A stretch of DNA of 64,000 bases from Takakia lepidozioides (lineage: Eukaryota > Plantae > Bryophyta), in the NCBI GenBank assembly GCA_030704615.1, contig CM060734.1, forward strand, positions 1,364,001 to 1,428,000, in the 5' to 3' direction. Below, piece by piece: positions 51,901 through 62,669 of the stretch. Each line of letters starts with the position of its first letter. The first letter of the stretch is position 1. The notes beneath the pieces are model-generated. The model ran no database searches. It was not told the origin of the DNA and saw nothing but the letters and a program-made list of their open reading frames with translations. The translations under genes were made by a program, and so were the position numbers.

Positions 51901-52113
51901 AGTGGCCAACTCAATACGGATCTCTTGACCCTTCAGTGCTCCCAAGTCCTTCAAACTGAAGGCAAAGCAATTCCTGTAAGCCCTCAGGAACCGCCGTATA
52001 CGTCGTCTCTCTCCTCCGGTGACAATGGGTCCAATGTCAGGCTCCCAATTGTCCTCCGTAACTGCAACCTTAAGTCCAGTGGGCTTAGAGGTAGAGGACG
52101 CGTCCAGTGGTTG
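48979..52113 (-). CDS. Pol: reverse transcriptase, RNase H, DDE integrase, C-terminal PHD finger
   Basis: RMCGDYRPVN, LDLRSGYHQ, YIDDI, HTDWS, HEELGH/CMVC, WSLDFAGP, TDQGREF, GLAERVV, and CMLC...VCDRCSRGWHMGC...WLCPHC (C4HC3). Frame is open from 52113. Confidence 0.96.
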   Translation of the reverse strand, partial: QPLDASSTSKPTGLKVAVTEDNWEPDIGPIVTGGERRRIRRFLRAYRNCFAFSLKDLGALKGQEIRIELATDTPIFRRPYRYSDMERSLIQMRTQDLWEAGLVELSGGEYASATVMPAKKDVYGNWTERRMCGDYRPVNRQTKSDKYAMPTPEEIFDAIGHAKAFSTLDLRSGYHQLPIKEADKQKTTFWGINEHGKDCLYQWRFLPFGLKNAPAEFQRVMDRILAGVDFARCYIDDIIIFSVTMEEHERHLQVVLERLRAHGLKLHPGKCKFFHNQIEYLGHMIYPGGLGVQQTKVEAIAQIPRPTDVSRVRAFMGLANYYRRFVKGFSTIAKALTKLTKVDQEWQWEDEQERAFQELKARLTSAPILRRPIRGRPFQLHTDWSMLGLGAVLTQVDDEGREFVVAYASRSNNAAEAKYSSYEGECLAAVWAVAHFRCYLYGNLFTLVTDHQPLKWLMESDKLTGKLARWALILQEYDFQVVHRPGLVNRDADGLSRNPCMSQQDDTGARWHGETDEEMVPGWHASAFLCILASGGQVGPTTGMTVDGVSEDPEASDEPGGARDIHEDSAVLDYLRTGDTAATVTARERDRILQRAKRFKWEGIHLLRVWEDGRVRIVPHPTQRARLVRHAHEELGHFGVRRTHSLLQGQYWWRGMHTEVQQFVARCMVCDRVRASFNAPTPQLHPLPIMGLGYRWSLDFAGPLPLTMRHHRYVLVMVEHFSKWIELVPLPDKASEGAAYAFLDRVLSRFGAPAEVLTDQGREFLGEFQALCDKALIDHRTTSRDHPEADGLAERVVQTVKRGLRKYGLQKGHLGDWDLQVPWLAMGYRFSKQASLASFSPYFLLFGREPDLPAAIRRDTAQVLNLDDPDVWVRACDQRAELFKKVMPMAFENLAIAQHRDTLRYATIRGGGYRPGVRRFSPGDYVYLQQTAPTTLDVTAGRVILRVREVLPSGVLILEGRDGMTWKDHVRNCAPCHLPNVDGRVDPNLAVVPAGLRCMLCGSAKGAATMLVCDRCSRGWHMGCLTPPLEKVPDGDWLCPHCLG

Positions 52114-55100
52114 CTATGTTGCAACCTCTTGAGCAGTACTCCCTGCCTGCTCAGTCAATGACAAGGCCTCATCCTGCCCCATCATCTCATCCTTGAGGAC
52201 CTCCTCAACCCGAGAAGAATCCCCAACCTCATCCATCACAGCCGCCTTGGCTGCCAACTCCCTCTGAACCTCGAGCACCTCCCACGTGTGCCATGGATGC
52301 ATGCACCCCGTGGTCCTCACATGCTCGCCCCCACTCACTGCCTGTACCGTCTCGGTAGGCAGAGAGACCATCGAGGGAAGTGTACTCCGCACTCTGCGTT
52401 GCTCAGCCATAGCCAAGCTGATAATCCAGGTCAAGCAATTGAGATCCATTGCTTGCCCCAACACTTGACGACGTGATGCCTCAGAAAGAGACGACACCGC
52501 CGTGGTACCAGTGGTAAAACCCATTGCCCGCTCACGCTCGTCAGCATTAGGCTCCACTAACTGCTGCAACTGAGCATCCCACAGGAGGCCAGGTCCACTA
52601 TCCCGGAAAGCATGCGATCCTGGGAAGCTGAGCAGTGTAGGTAATGCTGCTCGTGGTTGACCCACCTTGTTGACCACTGCCAAAGGCGAACGGTCATCGT
52701 GTCTCACACGCTGAGACTGCCTCCCTGTGTCCAGAATGCTATCCACTGTGAGATGTGCTGGCCGCTGCACCCCATCAAATGCACGCTTGAGCAGTGCGGG
52801 TGGCATCAAGTTAGTCCACCATAGCCGTGGACGATGAGCCCGTGACCCCACTGTAGCTGCATCTAGCAACACTGCTGACCCAAGCCACGACCGGACTTGA
52901 TGCACACTGGCCATCACCCTGGCCCGAGAATCGCCCATCAGTGGCACATTCTCCAAGATGTATGCTGGAGATACAGCTTGATGAAGCTGCAAGTGGCGCA
53001 AAACCCGCACCATCTCCCAAAACAGACCCGACCTCGAGTCTCGCAATCCATTGCCATGCCCGGCTGATGAATGCCCTTGGCAGGGCCAACCTGCCACTAC
53101 CAGATCAATGGAGCCAACCCGCTCCAAATCCTGCGCCCCCAGCAACGAAATGTCTGCTGGCAAGGCCTGCTGATATCCACGAATTGCAGACACCGACAAC
53201 AACTCAGGGTACCGCTGCACCAACTGAGCAACATGGCGAAGTGAAACGCGTCGTGCAGTCTCATCCCTCTCCACATACAGGTAACGCCGAACTCGTACAC
53301 CTGCCTGTAACACAGCAGCCAATCCGGTGCTGATCCCGCCAAACAAGTCCAGAAGACAAATGCCTTCATCCGGATACTGCCACACAATAGGTGTGGTGTC
53401 CAATGGAGACAACTGAGGTGGTCCTGGTGCAATCCCCGCACTCTCCTCCTCTCCTGACGGTACAAAAGCCTCCACCCAGGCTTGTTGCACCCGTCGATCA
53501 GCATCCCGCTGCAAATCCTTGCTCGTGCCCCACAATGGAGTCTGAGCAACCATGGTAGGCAACTCCGCCATACCATACATGTCATCCTGCTCTCCCGGAG
53601 GTGGCACATCCTCTGAATGAGCGTTGCCCTCAAGCAACTCTCTAGGCCAACTCACTGCCGCTGTGAATGCTGCTAGTGTCGGCATCTTGCCTCGCTGGGC
53701 AACCGCAACTCCTCCTATGAACGTCACAGGGAGCTGCACACGCCGGCCCTCCCCTGACTGCCATGCAGGCCTATAGGAAGCTGACTCCTCCCAAAAATCC
53801 AGGGTGAAGCCCATGGGGTACAACACTGCCCCACCAACCAGGACATCGTATGAGACCGCGTCTGTCACAATGGCCTTGGCTCGCATCACTGAGCCATCTG
53901 TAGGGTGATCCGGCCGTAGTCTGATAGCCAACTCACGCCGTGTCATGCCCCGAGCCTGCTCCGATCCTCCCAGAGACGTCTGTATCTGGAAAGGACAAGG
54001 CTCCATATCCGCCTCCGTGAGGCCCAAGCCTGCAATAGCAGCTCTGCCCAGCATCAATGGCTGAGCTCCCGAGTCCAACAAGACCCGCAGTGGCCGGTAC
54101 CTCTTGCCTGCCGGTCCACTCAAACAGAAAATGCCATCCTGGTTGTCTAACATGACAACTCCAGGTGTCACCATGGCGCGCTCAATGGCTGGCCTAGCTG
54201 GCAGCTCCATCAACCTGGCAGCTGCAGCTTGCCATGGCGCCGCCGTGGCAGTCTTGACCCTCAAATCCGAGGATCCCTCCGGCACTACACCTCCCACTAT
54301 CTCCGCAGAAGATGAAGTAACCTCCCCACTCTCACAGAGTGTAGCTGCCAGCCTGAACACCTCAGCTGGTCTTACCCCCGGCGTCGCAATCATGGTAGCC
54401 GAGAACAATGGAGCCTGGCACACAGATGTGGCCGCTCCTAGCAGCACACTAGCTGCCGTAGCCTTGGCAACACTAGGTAGTGGTGCTACCCGTGTAGCTC
54501 TCCCCAATGGCATAGTAACCTCCGCCTCGGTAACAGTCGGGCGAGAACTAGGTGCCATGGATGGCGTCGACACTGTCTCCGCCAATGTGAATGACTGAGG
54601 AAGCCTAGCCTGACGGCTTGCCTCCCCACGCTGTGGATCCAACTCCACCTCTGCACCTCGTGGCTCAGGAACTCGTGCTGCTCCTCGAGTCACGGCTGCA
54701 GCAGACTCCACCTGCACTAGTGGTAGTGCTGCTCCACACATGAATCCCATGCCTCCCATATCTCCTCCCTCAGGAGCAGGAGGTGGACCATCCGGCCTTA
54801 GAGCCGGTACCACCTGAGCTGTAGCCATGGCAGCGAGCCTCTGCTCTAGCTGCTGAAGCCGGTTGGCCATGCCTTGGTCAACACCCTGACCTCCGCGTCC
54901 TTGGCCATGTTGAGCTTGCCCTTGGCCTGCACCTCGTGGCTGGCCACCTCGTCCTCTCTGGGCTGCTCCACCTCGCCCCCGGCCACCATTGTTCCCTTGG
55001 AACTGGCCTGGGCGCAACTCAGGATGCAAACCATAACACTGGGCCTCTCCATGCCCGTGCTTGCCACAATGCCCACACTGCAACTGTGCAGGCTGTGCAT

Positions 55101-56274
55101 GTGCCGGCCCTTTGCCTCCCTCTGGGCAATCCTTCTTGACATGGGGTCCTCCACATGTCCAGCACACCACATCCGCCCGTTGTTGGCCAGCAAATGAAGG
55201 GAGAGACCCCTGCATCTGAGGTCCTCTCTGCCCTTCCCTGAGCTTCACCTGAGCCCCCTTGTTGCCTTGAGCACGTTGAGGTAGTGGTTGGCTAGGAGCA
55301 CCACTACCCCGTGGTGTCTCCTTAGCAAATCCCACCATGACCACTCGTTCCTCCACCATGTTGAGCTCTATCCGCTCTGCCAGCAAAAACACATTTGCTA
55401 AGGTGGGTTGGGCCGCTTGTAGGAGAGTTGCATCCCGCACCCTTCTCCTCAGCTCCTTGTCCAATATCCCATACCAGAATTGGACTGCCTGAGCTTCCGT
55501 AACCCCTTGGGTTACATTTATCAAGCGCCTCATGCGAGTGAAAGCCTCCCTCAAGCTCTCGGTCGGCTTCCGTTGGAACTCTTGCAAGCTCCGCAACTTC
55601 TCTGTCCTCACCCCTTGGTAGTTCCCTCTCAACTCTTCGAAGAACTCCACAACAGGGTTGAAGGCAGGCACGGGTGCTAGTGCTGGTGCGGTAGTGGCTT
55701 GGGTGGACGTCGTAGCTACTGTACCACCAGTCCCACTGCTACTTGCTGAAGCTGCCGGTGCAGCGGCAGGTGTAGCCACTGCCCTCGTGGCTCTAGTGCC
55801 CCTAGTGATGGAGACATAGTCGGGTGACCAGTACATCCTCCACTCCTCGATCTCAACCTCATGCCCCCGCCTGAACTCATGGTAATCATCCATAGGCGGC
55901 CCCTCAAGGTGCTGAAACAGCCCCTTCCATGCCATGAAAGGCGTAAATAGTTGTGGATTGCGCATTTGCTGCAAATCACACCAACTATCAAACTCTTGGA
56001 TAAAATCATCCAACTCGATGGTGCCCACCGCCCCAGAGTACCTTCGTGGCCCCTTGGTAGCTCCATACATCTCCTCCATTGTGTCCCACAACAATGGCAA
56101 AGAAACAACTTGCACCGCCGGTATGAGTCCTCCTGAATCCGAACCTTCCGTAGAAGACACAGGAGGTGAAGGTGGCCTAAACCGCACACCTCGTCTCGTG
56201 TACCCACTAGTATCGCTAGTGCTCGAACCGGCACTGTCCCCAGCAACTAGTGGCACCTCCGTGTTGACACTCAA
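52114..56274 (-). CDS. Gag (two Zn knuckles) - aspartic protease - C5 cytosine DNA methyltransferase polyprotein
   Basis: CWTCGGPHVKKDC, CGHCGKHGHGEAQC; LLDSGAQ; DNMT motifs LDLFGGISTG, YVERD, AGWPCQGHS, ILENVP, AHRPRLWW, ERERAMGF, LGQAMD. First in-frame ATG is at 56079. Confidence 0.94.
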   Translation of the reverse strand: MSVNTEVPLVAGDSAGSSTSDTSGYTRRGVRFRPPSPPVSSTEGSDSGGLIPAVQVVSLPLLWDTMEEMYGATKGPRRYSGAVGTIELDDFIQEFDSWCDLQQMRNPQLFTPFMAWKGLFQHLEGPPMDDYHEFRRGHEVEIEEWRMYWSPDYVSITRGTRATRAVATPAAAPAASASSSGTGGTVATTSTQATTAPALAPVPAFNPVVEFFEELRGNYQGVRTEKLRSLQEFQRKPTESLREAFTRMRRLINVTQGVTEAQAVQFWYGILDKELRRRVRDATLLQAAQPTLANVFLLAERIELNMVEERVVMVGFAKETPRGSGAPSQPLPQRAQGNKGAQVKLREGQRGPQMQGSLPSFAGQQRADVVCWTCGGPHVKKDCPEGGKGPAHAQPAQLQCGHCGKHGHGEAQCYGLHPELRPGQFQGNNGGRGRGGAAQRGRGGQPRGAGQGQAQHGQGRGGQGVDQGMANRLQQLEQRLAAMATAQVVPALRPDGPPPAPEGGDMGGMGFMCGAALPLVQVESAAAVTRGAARVPEPRGAEVELDPQRGEASRQARLPQSFTLAETVSTPSMAPSSRPTVTEAEVTMPLGRATRVAPLPSVAKATAASVLLGAATSVCQAPLFSATMIATPGVRPAEVFRLAATLCESGEVTSSSAEIVGGVVPEGSSDLRVKTATAAPWQAAAARLMELPARPAIERAMVTPGVVMLDNQDGIFCLSGPAGKRYRPLRVLLDSGAQPLMLGRAAIAGLGLTEADMEPCPFQIQTSLGGSEQARGMTRRELAIRLRPDHPTDGSVMRAKAIVTDAVSYDVLVGGAVLYPMGFTLDFWEESASYRPAWQSGEGRRVQLPVTFIGGVAVAQRGKMPTLAAFTAAVSWPRELLEGNAHSEDVPPPGEQDDMYGMAELPTMVAQTPLWGTSKDLQRDADRRVQQAWVEAFVPSGEEESAGIAPGPPQLSPLDTTPIVWQYPDEGICLLDLFGGISTGLAAVLQAGVRVRRYLYVERDETARRVSLRHVAQLVQRYPELLSVSAIRGYQQALPADISLLGAQDLERVGSIDLVVAGWPCQGHSSAGHGNGLRDSRSGLFWEMVRVLRHLQLHQAVSPAYILENVPLMGDSRARVMASVHQVRSWLGSAVLLDAATVGSRAHRPRLWWTNLMPPALLKRAFDGVQRPAHLTVDSILDTGRQSQRVRHDDRSPLAVVNKVGQPRAALPTLLSFPGSHAFRDSGPGLLWDAQLQQLVEPNADERERAMGFTTGTTAVSSLSEASRRQVLGQAMDLNCLTWIISLAMAEQRRVRSTLPSMVSLPTETVQAVSGGEHVRTTGCMHPWHTWEVLEVQRELAAKAAVMDEVGDSSRVEEVLKDEMMGQDEALSLTEQAGSTAQEVAT

Positions 56275-56959
56275 CCGGTCATGAACATGTCCCTAACCCC
56301 CTCTCCACAAGGTAACCGGGTAGAGAACCTGTTGCGGCTTATGGTTTGGAATACTAAGTTCCTAACATAGCCTACACCTGTACCTGCATCCACCGCAAGC
56401 ACTCCTATGGTTGGCTGGTCATCACCCCAGCCTCACCATCGACAGCATGCTCTAGGACTGGCCGGTGATCAAATCCGGACCAATCACCTATAAAAACAAG
56501 CGCCCACACAAAACTAGCATGGCGCACAGTCAAGCATGCAGGTATGGAGGGGATCCAAACACAAGAAATCAGAACGACAACTCCCCCACACCAAAAACAA
56601 CTCCACGGTGTTGCTCCTGCAAGGACACCCCAGCCCAAACCCGGACTGACTCTTGCCTCCACCTACGGAAAGGTCTTGGCCTAATGAGAGGGTGGAAACT
56701 ACGAGGAAGAGAAGCTAAAGCAATGCCTAACCCCAGCATGCCCTCATCCCAACACTCTTCCTCTCCTCTCTTCCCTCACTTGCATGACCATGGGAATATC
56801 ATGAAGATACTCCTCAAACCGCCCTCCACGAGCTTCAAAATTCGGCCTTCAAGACCACATGCCAGTCCTTAGGCAGTCCACCAGTGCCTCCACGAGTCAG
56901 CACAGGCCGTCCACAGGTCAACACGGGCCACCACAGACCAGCACAGGCCCACACAGCTC

Positions 56960-57630
56960 ACTGGTCACAGCCGTCACAGTCCCACAGGCCACTGGGCACA
57001 GCCTGTCACAGCCCCTCATAGCCCGTCACAGCTCGCCACAGCCTATCACAGCCCGTCACAGCCCCACAGGCCACAGGGCACAGCCCGCCACAGCCTGTCA
57101 CAGCCCGCACAGCCCGTCACAGCTCGCCACAGCCCCTCACAGCCCCAAAGGCCTCAGGCACGGCCTGACACAGCCCGTCACAGCCCGTCACAGCCCCAAG
57201 GCCTCAGGCACGGCTTGTCACAGCCCCTCACAGCCCAGACCCTTGGCAGCGGCAGAAAGATGTTGGACTTGGGCCATGCGCGCATCGTAGCTTGTGACGC
57301 TACATTGGAACCACTGGGCACAGCCTGTCACAGCCCCACAGCCCGTCACATGCCCACAGGCCACTGGGCACAGCCCGTCACAGCCCCTCACAGCCCGTCA
57401 CAGCCCCAAAGGCCTCAGGGGGCCTGTCACAGCCCCTCACAGCCCATCACAGCCCCAAAGGCCTCAGGCACGCCTGACACAGCCCCTCACAGCCCCAAAG
57501 GCCTCAGGCACGGCTTGTCACAGCCCCTCATAGCCCCAAAGGCCACGGGCACAGCCTGTCACAGCCCCAAAAGGCCACCGGCACAGCCCGTCACAACACC
57601 CAAGGCCACAGGGACAGCCCGTCACAGCCC
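56960..57630. repeat. CACAGCC-based minisatellite in the element leader (mirror copy at about 44490-45110)
   Basis: Dozens of CACAGCC units spaced about 10-11 bp apart. Confidence 0.9.
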
Positions 57631-59484
57631 CATCCATGGCCGCTCTGGCAGTTTAGCCATTTCTCCAAGGGGTTTAGCCACGCCAAGCTAGGGTTTGTGT
57701 CTCTTGGACTCTAGGCTTCTTTCCACCGAGCTATGGCGGCTGTGAGGAAATCAGCAAGGTATTCTTGCTCTTTCGGCTCCCACACACCACCATAGTAGCC
57801 CTAAGCCATGAGGTGGTTGCCACAAACCAAGCCTTCTTTCTCACTTAGCCTCCCCAAACACGCCACTAAACTCAATGGCAAACAACCAAGCCCTGCTGGT
57901 TCCCAGCCCTTGTGAGCACTCATTCAAGCACTCTCCTTGGCCATAGCATCTATCTTAGAGCCTATTCCAGCCCCCTACACCTGCTGCTTCAAGAGTTGCG
58001 CTCCCTTCAAGCTTGAAGTTGAAACCCCAACTCACATAGGCCCTACAAGTGCTTTTCTTTCACTCCAAGTGGAAACCAGCCCTAGACCTTCCGTTCTAGC
58101 TCTCTAAAGCTTGAAAACAAGAGCCTCAATGGGCTGAAGGCATGCTCCACACATGCCCCACTCTCACCATAAGAGAATCAGCTCCTTTGCTTCATTTCTT
58201 GCACCCACAAACCTGAAAATACAAGCTTCAGCAGGCTGAAAGCATGCTCCACATGCCCTACAGGGAAACCAGCCCCTTCCTTCCTTTCTTGCACTCCCAC
58301 ACCTGAAAGTGCAAGCCTTCACCAGGCTGATAGCATGCTCCACACATGCATTGCCCTCACATAAGGGAAGTCAGCCCTTCCCTCTTCCTTGCTTGCCCTC
58401 CAAGCTTGAAGATGGAAGCTTCAATGAGCTGAATACATGCTCCACACATGCAACCTCTTCACACAAGAGATATCAGCCCCCTATCTTGGCTCCTTGGCTC
58501 CTTGATGCTCTCTAAGACAAGACTAAGCACTCCACAGCCTTTGCCAAGCTCCTGAAACCCTAAGGCTTACATTTCCAGCCACAAGACACTTCTCTTGTGG
58601 TGCAAGAGCTCTTCTTCCAAGCTCTGAAACCCTAGGTGCACATTCCATGGCCTTGCCGCACCTCTTAGCTCCTGTTCCAGCCCTGCTCTTGCCATGACAA
58701 GAGCCCTCTCAATGCTGAAGCTCGAGATTGAAACCCAATCTCACCATACTCCACAAAGTGCACTGATTTGCCCCAAGCCAAATCAGCCCTTTCGCTTGGT
58801 CTTGCAATCCTTCACACAATGAAAGCTCGCATTCCCAAGTCCAGTTCTCAGCTTTGCCACCAAAGCCACTATAACCTGCTCTTGACTGGTCCTCTTCCCA
58901 ATCGTGCTTGCTCATGCATGTACACAATCTGAAACCATCAAGGTGCTCTGGAATTACCTGCAGCATGGTGCTTTCATCTCTGAAGCTGAAGATCGAATGC
59001 CAAGGTCTACCACCTCGTAACCCACATCGCCTCCGCTTCTAACAACCAAGAGCTCCACGGTGCTCCTTGCATAACAACTTGGTTTTTCTCATTCTCAAGC
59101 AAAAACCACAAGTGCTACAACTAACTCGTATCTGGCACTCACAGATACGAGCTCATCTTTCTCGAGTGATAAAGAAGAAGAATACAAGCACGAGCTCACA
59201 AATCTGAAGCATAAACTCATGCATATATAACCTCATCACTCAAATACAAGTCAAGCCAAGTGCACCCCACGCCATGGGGAATCCACACTACGGCGCCATA
59301 GCTAGGCGCGGTGAGGCTCAACTCGAGAAAGATGAGCCTTCCGCGCTTGCCGTGAAGATAACCACTCCAGGGCCTAAATCTGCCTTGACCCCTGGATTGA
59401 CACTTGGGCCAATCCCAAATGTCAATATGTAAAAGCTAGCTATTTCCTAGCTAGTTTCACACTAGTGGTAAAATAACTTGACAT

Positions 59485-59672
59485 TGTGTGGACTAGTGAC
59501 TGCCATAGTGGGCAGCATAGTGGCAGCCTAGTGACTGACTAGTTGTAGCCTAGTGGTTGGACTAGTGGCTGGACTAGTGGTCGACTAGTGGTATATTAGT
59601 GTGTGGTGTGCACATGTGTTGTGTGGTTTTGGACAGCGATGTAGTTGTGTAGCGATATGTATGCGCACGACA
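59485..59672 (+). repeat. Second copy of the LTR-like terminal segment, forming the right end of the 17-kb insertion
   Basis: Reverse complement of 48531-48719; followed by CAGT, matching 42636-42639. Confidence 0.9.
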
Positions 59673-62432
59673 CAGTCCGCATCAACATTTCCTGCCTGTC
59701 CGGCCCCAAGCCCCACTGTTTCCCTTTCAAGAACTCGTTGTACCTGCATTGCTGCATAATTGACCTCACAATGTCCTCCGTTGTGGCAGTGAGGATGTCC
59801 ACCAGAAGCGCCGCAAAGGAGGCACGCCAGGAAGAATGTACTGATTCGGCCATGTTTGTTGTCAGCATGTCGGTGTCGGAGTCGAGACACATTTCCTGCA
59901 CATGCACATGTTCAGGTTACAAGCAAATTACAAATAATGAGTAGCTAGCATGATATTCAGCGGGACGCAAATTCGTCCAACTCACCTCCCGCATATAGTC
60001 GCCGAACTAGAGGAAACGATAATGCCACCATGCTAGCCAACTAACCATCGCTCCCTCGTCTAATTTCTTTACAGCACCTGACGTTGTCCACCAAGCCCGT
60101 ATACATGCAAACTGTGTCTCTGCATCATCCAAGGTGGGAGCACGCTTCCACGCAAGACACATGGAACGGTGCTCCTCTCTGAAATCTGGCGCCACGAGCC
60201 TGGTTGTGTACTGCGACAAGCTCTACAGAAAATGGAACCCACAAGATCTCTCCTTGTTTTTCATCGGAACATTGGGGTCTTCCCCTACACCCTTCGGATG
60301 ACAGCCCAATTTGCTTGTGCGTTGTCTGCCATGAAACCACGGAAATTGGGAGGGGGAAATCCTGCCCTGGCCATATGTTTGTTTATTCCCTGCCAAAGAA
60401 GCATCTCCGATTGTGTGTCCTCTCCTTTCATCTCACAAATAACAATTGTCATTAGCATCCTGCAGTGGGTGTCGTAGACATGTGCACCCATTGTCACCCA
60501 CTGGTGATTTGTAATTCGCTTGATATGGTCAAACATGACCCAACTGTTTGACAAGTCCCCACTCGTCATCTGGTGGACCAGTTCGACGCCGCTGCTAGGC
60601 CCACACGTTGACATTTTGAATACGAAACAGCGATCTGCCTCAATCCCTTGTCCTGGAAATCTACTTCCATGAATGTAGTCATATCCACATCGTCGCTTCA
60701 CCTCCAGAATAGAGTGCATATCCGAGCCACGCCCAATTCTCTGTTTGCAGGAGACAATGTGGTTTCAGACATTCGGTGAACAGACGTGGAACACTGACTC
60801 CAGCAATGCCTCCATTTCCTTCTCATCGAGAGGAACTCTGTCGGAGCCGTCTTCCGACATAATTCTGGCCAATGCCATCTTATGGGCGGCCTACAACTGT
60901 ATCTGTTTGGGTTTGGCACTAGGTCTCAACTTAACCTCCTCCTGAACGAGCTGCGCTGCCTTGTGGACATCCTCCCGCGAGTTACCCCTCGCCAATTTGT
61001 GACAATGGAAACCAACGTGTATGCAAGCTCGTGTGAGGTCAGGGAAACGGTGCAACACATAGAATTGCTTGGCATTATAAACAGACATGCAATGTGGTGG
61101 TTCTTTGCAATGTGCACACTTAAATGTGGAGTTTGGAACCTTCTCCTGAGCTCGAAATGGTTGATGAGCTGTGTTTGTCCAATCCGTCTCGTTCCTGTGA
61201 CCTCTGGATTTAAAGTGGAAGCAAGTTGGGGAGAAACACCGCAACGCGCCCACACAAACAACGTAGCGCACCCGCACACCATTGAGCATCTTCATGCTGG
61301 TGGTTTTGGTGACGCACCAAGGATGACCGTCATGTTTCCTATCCATATCTATCAACATTCCGGACGCCCTCGAATAGTCCGTTCGAGGAGGGAACTCAAA
61401 GAAGATATTACCGTCGACGTCTGCGGGAAGGCATGTAACGGATTTAATTGCGAACTTGTTGTAGTCCAGGAATGCGGCCCCTGGCCTTTGCGCAATAACT
61501 GCCAACGGTATGCAGTCAGAAGGTATATGACCAGTGCAGATGCGTTGCACAAACCAATAATTGTGGCGTCTGACAAGGAGCGTGGGGGGGCCAGCGTGCA
61601 AGCACCTTCCCCATGGACAGAGGGAACTGACAGAGGTGGCATTCCAGTGGGTCTGATTGCAAGATTGAGTGCGAGACCCTCGCTGCCAAAAGTCAACATT
61701 CAACAAATGCAACATTGCACAAAAAGTGGAACTTTGGTTCAAAGGAGACATTTTTATTAATAATGAACTTTGACAAGTATGCATGCCCTCACAAACCAAG
61801 GGAAGCCAAAAGTATGCATGCAATCCATGCTCCGGTAAGTTGGAAATTTGCTCCCGTGTTGCACTGTTCTCACCAAGAAGCTGGAACCTCAATTGGCCTC
61901 TCAACAAGTTCATGACTGACAGGGTGTCGGTAGGTGAAGACAATGGATGCAGCCCGTCGCCTTTGGTGTAGTGGACAACGGTGTCATCTCCTCCGATATA
62001 TGCACCATCGTAAATCGAGATTTTTGTTGTGGAGACTCTATGTCCATAGGACTCATCCTCGTAGCTTATGAGAATGTCCCCATACACTGTTTGCGATGGA
62101 ATCCTCTCTGGCAGGTACGTACACCCGATGCAATCCTCGTAGGCCCACAGGCAGCACCTCCAATGATGTAGGAAGGCCGTGCGGCTTTTGGGGATGTTCC
62201 ATGCTGGCGAAAACTGCAGATCAACGATTCGCAGGCACCAAAGCCGCGCAGGCCCGTCCCGGCAAGGCTGATTGTGGAGACCAGGAAGGTACTCAAGAGC
62301 GGACAGGTGCACCCTCCTCTGCTGAGAGTGGTCTATCCAATCCTGCAAGTATATGAAAATATCCCCTGACTTGGGTGAGAAGTCCCACGGGGTGAGATGC
62401 TTGTTTGGGCAGTTGCTGGGATACCACGCCAT
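59673..62432 (-). pseudogene. MULE-2 transposase (GCM-like domain plus DDE core), frameshifted and disrupted by the insertion
   Basis: HDGHPW...CVGALRC...RACIHVGFHCH; WVMFDH; GFMADNAQA; TNMAESVHSSW; intron at about 59896-59985 at the same position as in MULE-1. Confidence 0.88.
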
Positions 62433-62669
62433 CGCCGACTATTGAAAGGGCTACCAGGAAGCAGAGAGGGTGCGCAGGGAAGGGGGAGTGTGGGGAAGCT
62501 GAAGTGAGAGGAGCTCGGAGCGAGCAAGTGTTGTTGTTGTCTCGGTTTGAAACGCGTGGGTCACGAGCGAAGGTCGGGCAAGTGGCAAAGAAAAAGAGCA
62601 ACATTTAATATAGCCGTACCCAGGAATGAGGGGCAGAATTTAATTCGACATGGCGTCAAATCGGAGGGT

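Larger units (their letters stand above)
48531..59483 (-). mobile_element. Apparently intact Ty3/gypsy-type element (B) encoding a C5 DNA methyltransferase and a PHD finger
   Basis: Starts TGTCAAG (59483) and ends GCACGACA (48531); two long in-frame ORFs; PPT-like AGGGGGGCGAT at 48720-48730 before the 189-bp terminal segment. Confidence 0.93.

Noticed and set aside
48531-59672. Element with inverted LTRs (DIRS-like)
   Set aside because: No tyrosine recombinase, a DDE integrase is present, flanks CAGC/CAGT do not match exactly, and the exact TSD pairs 42640 with 59672.
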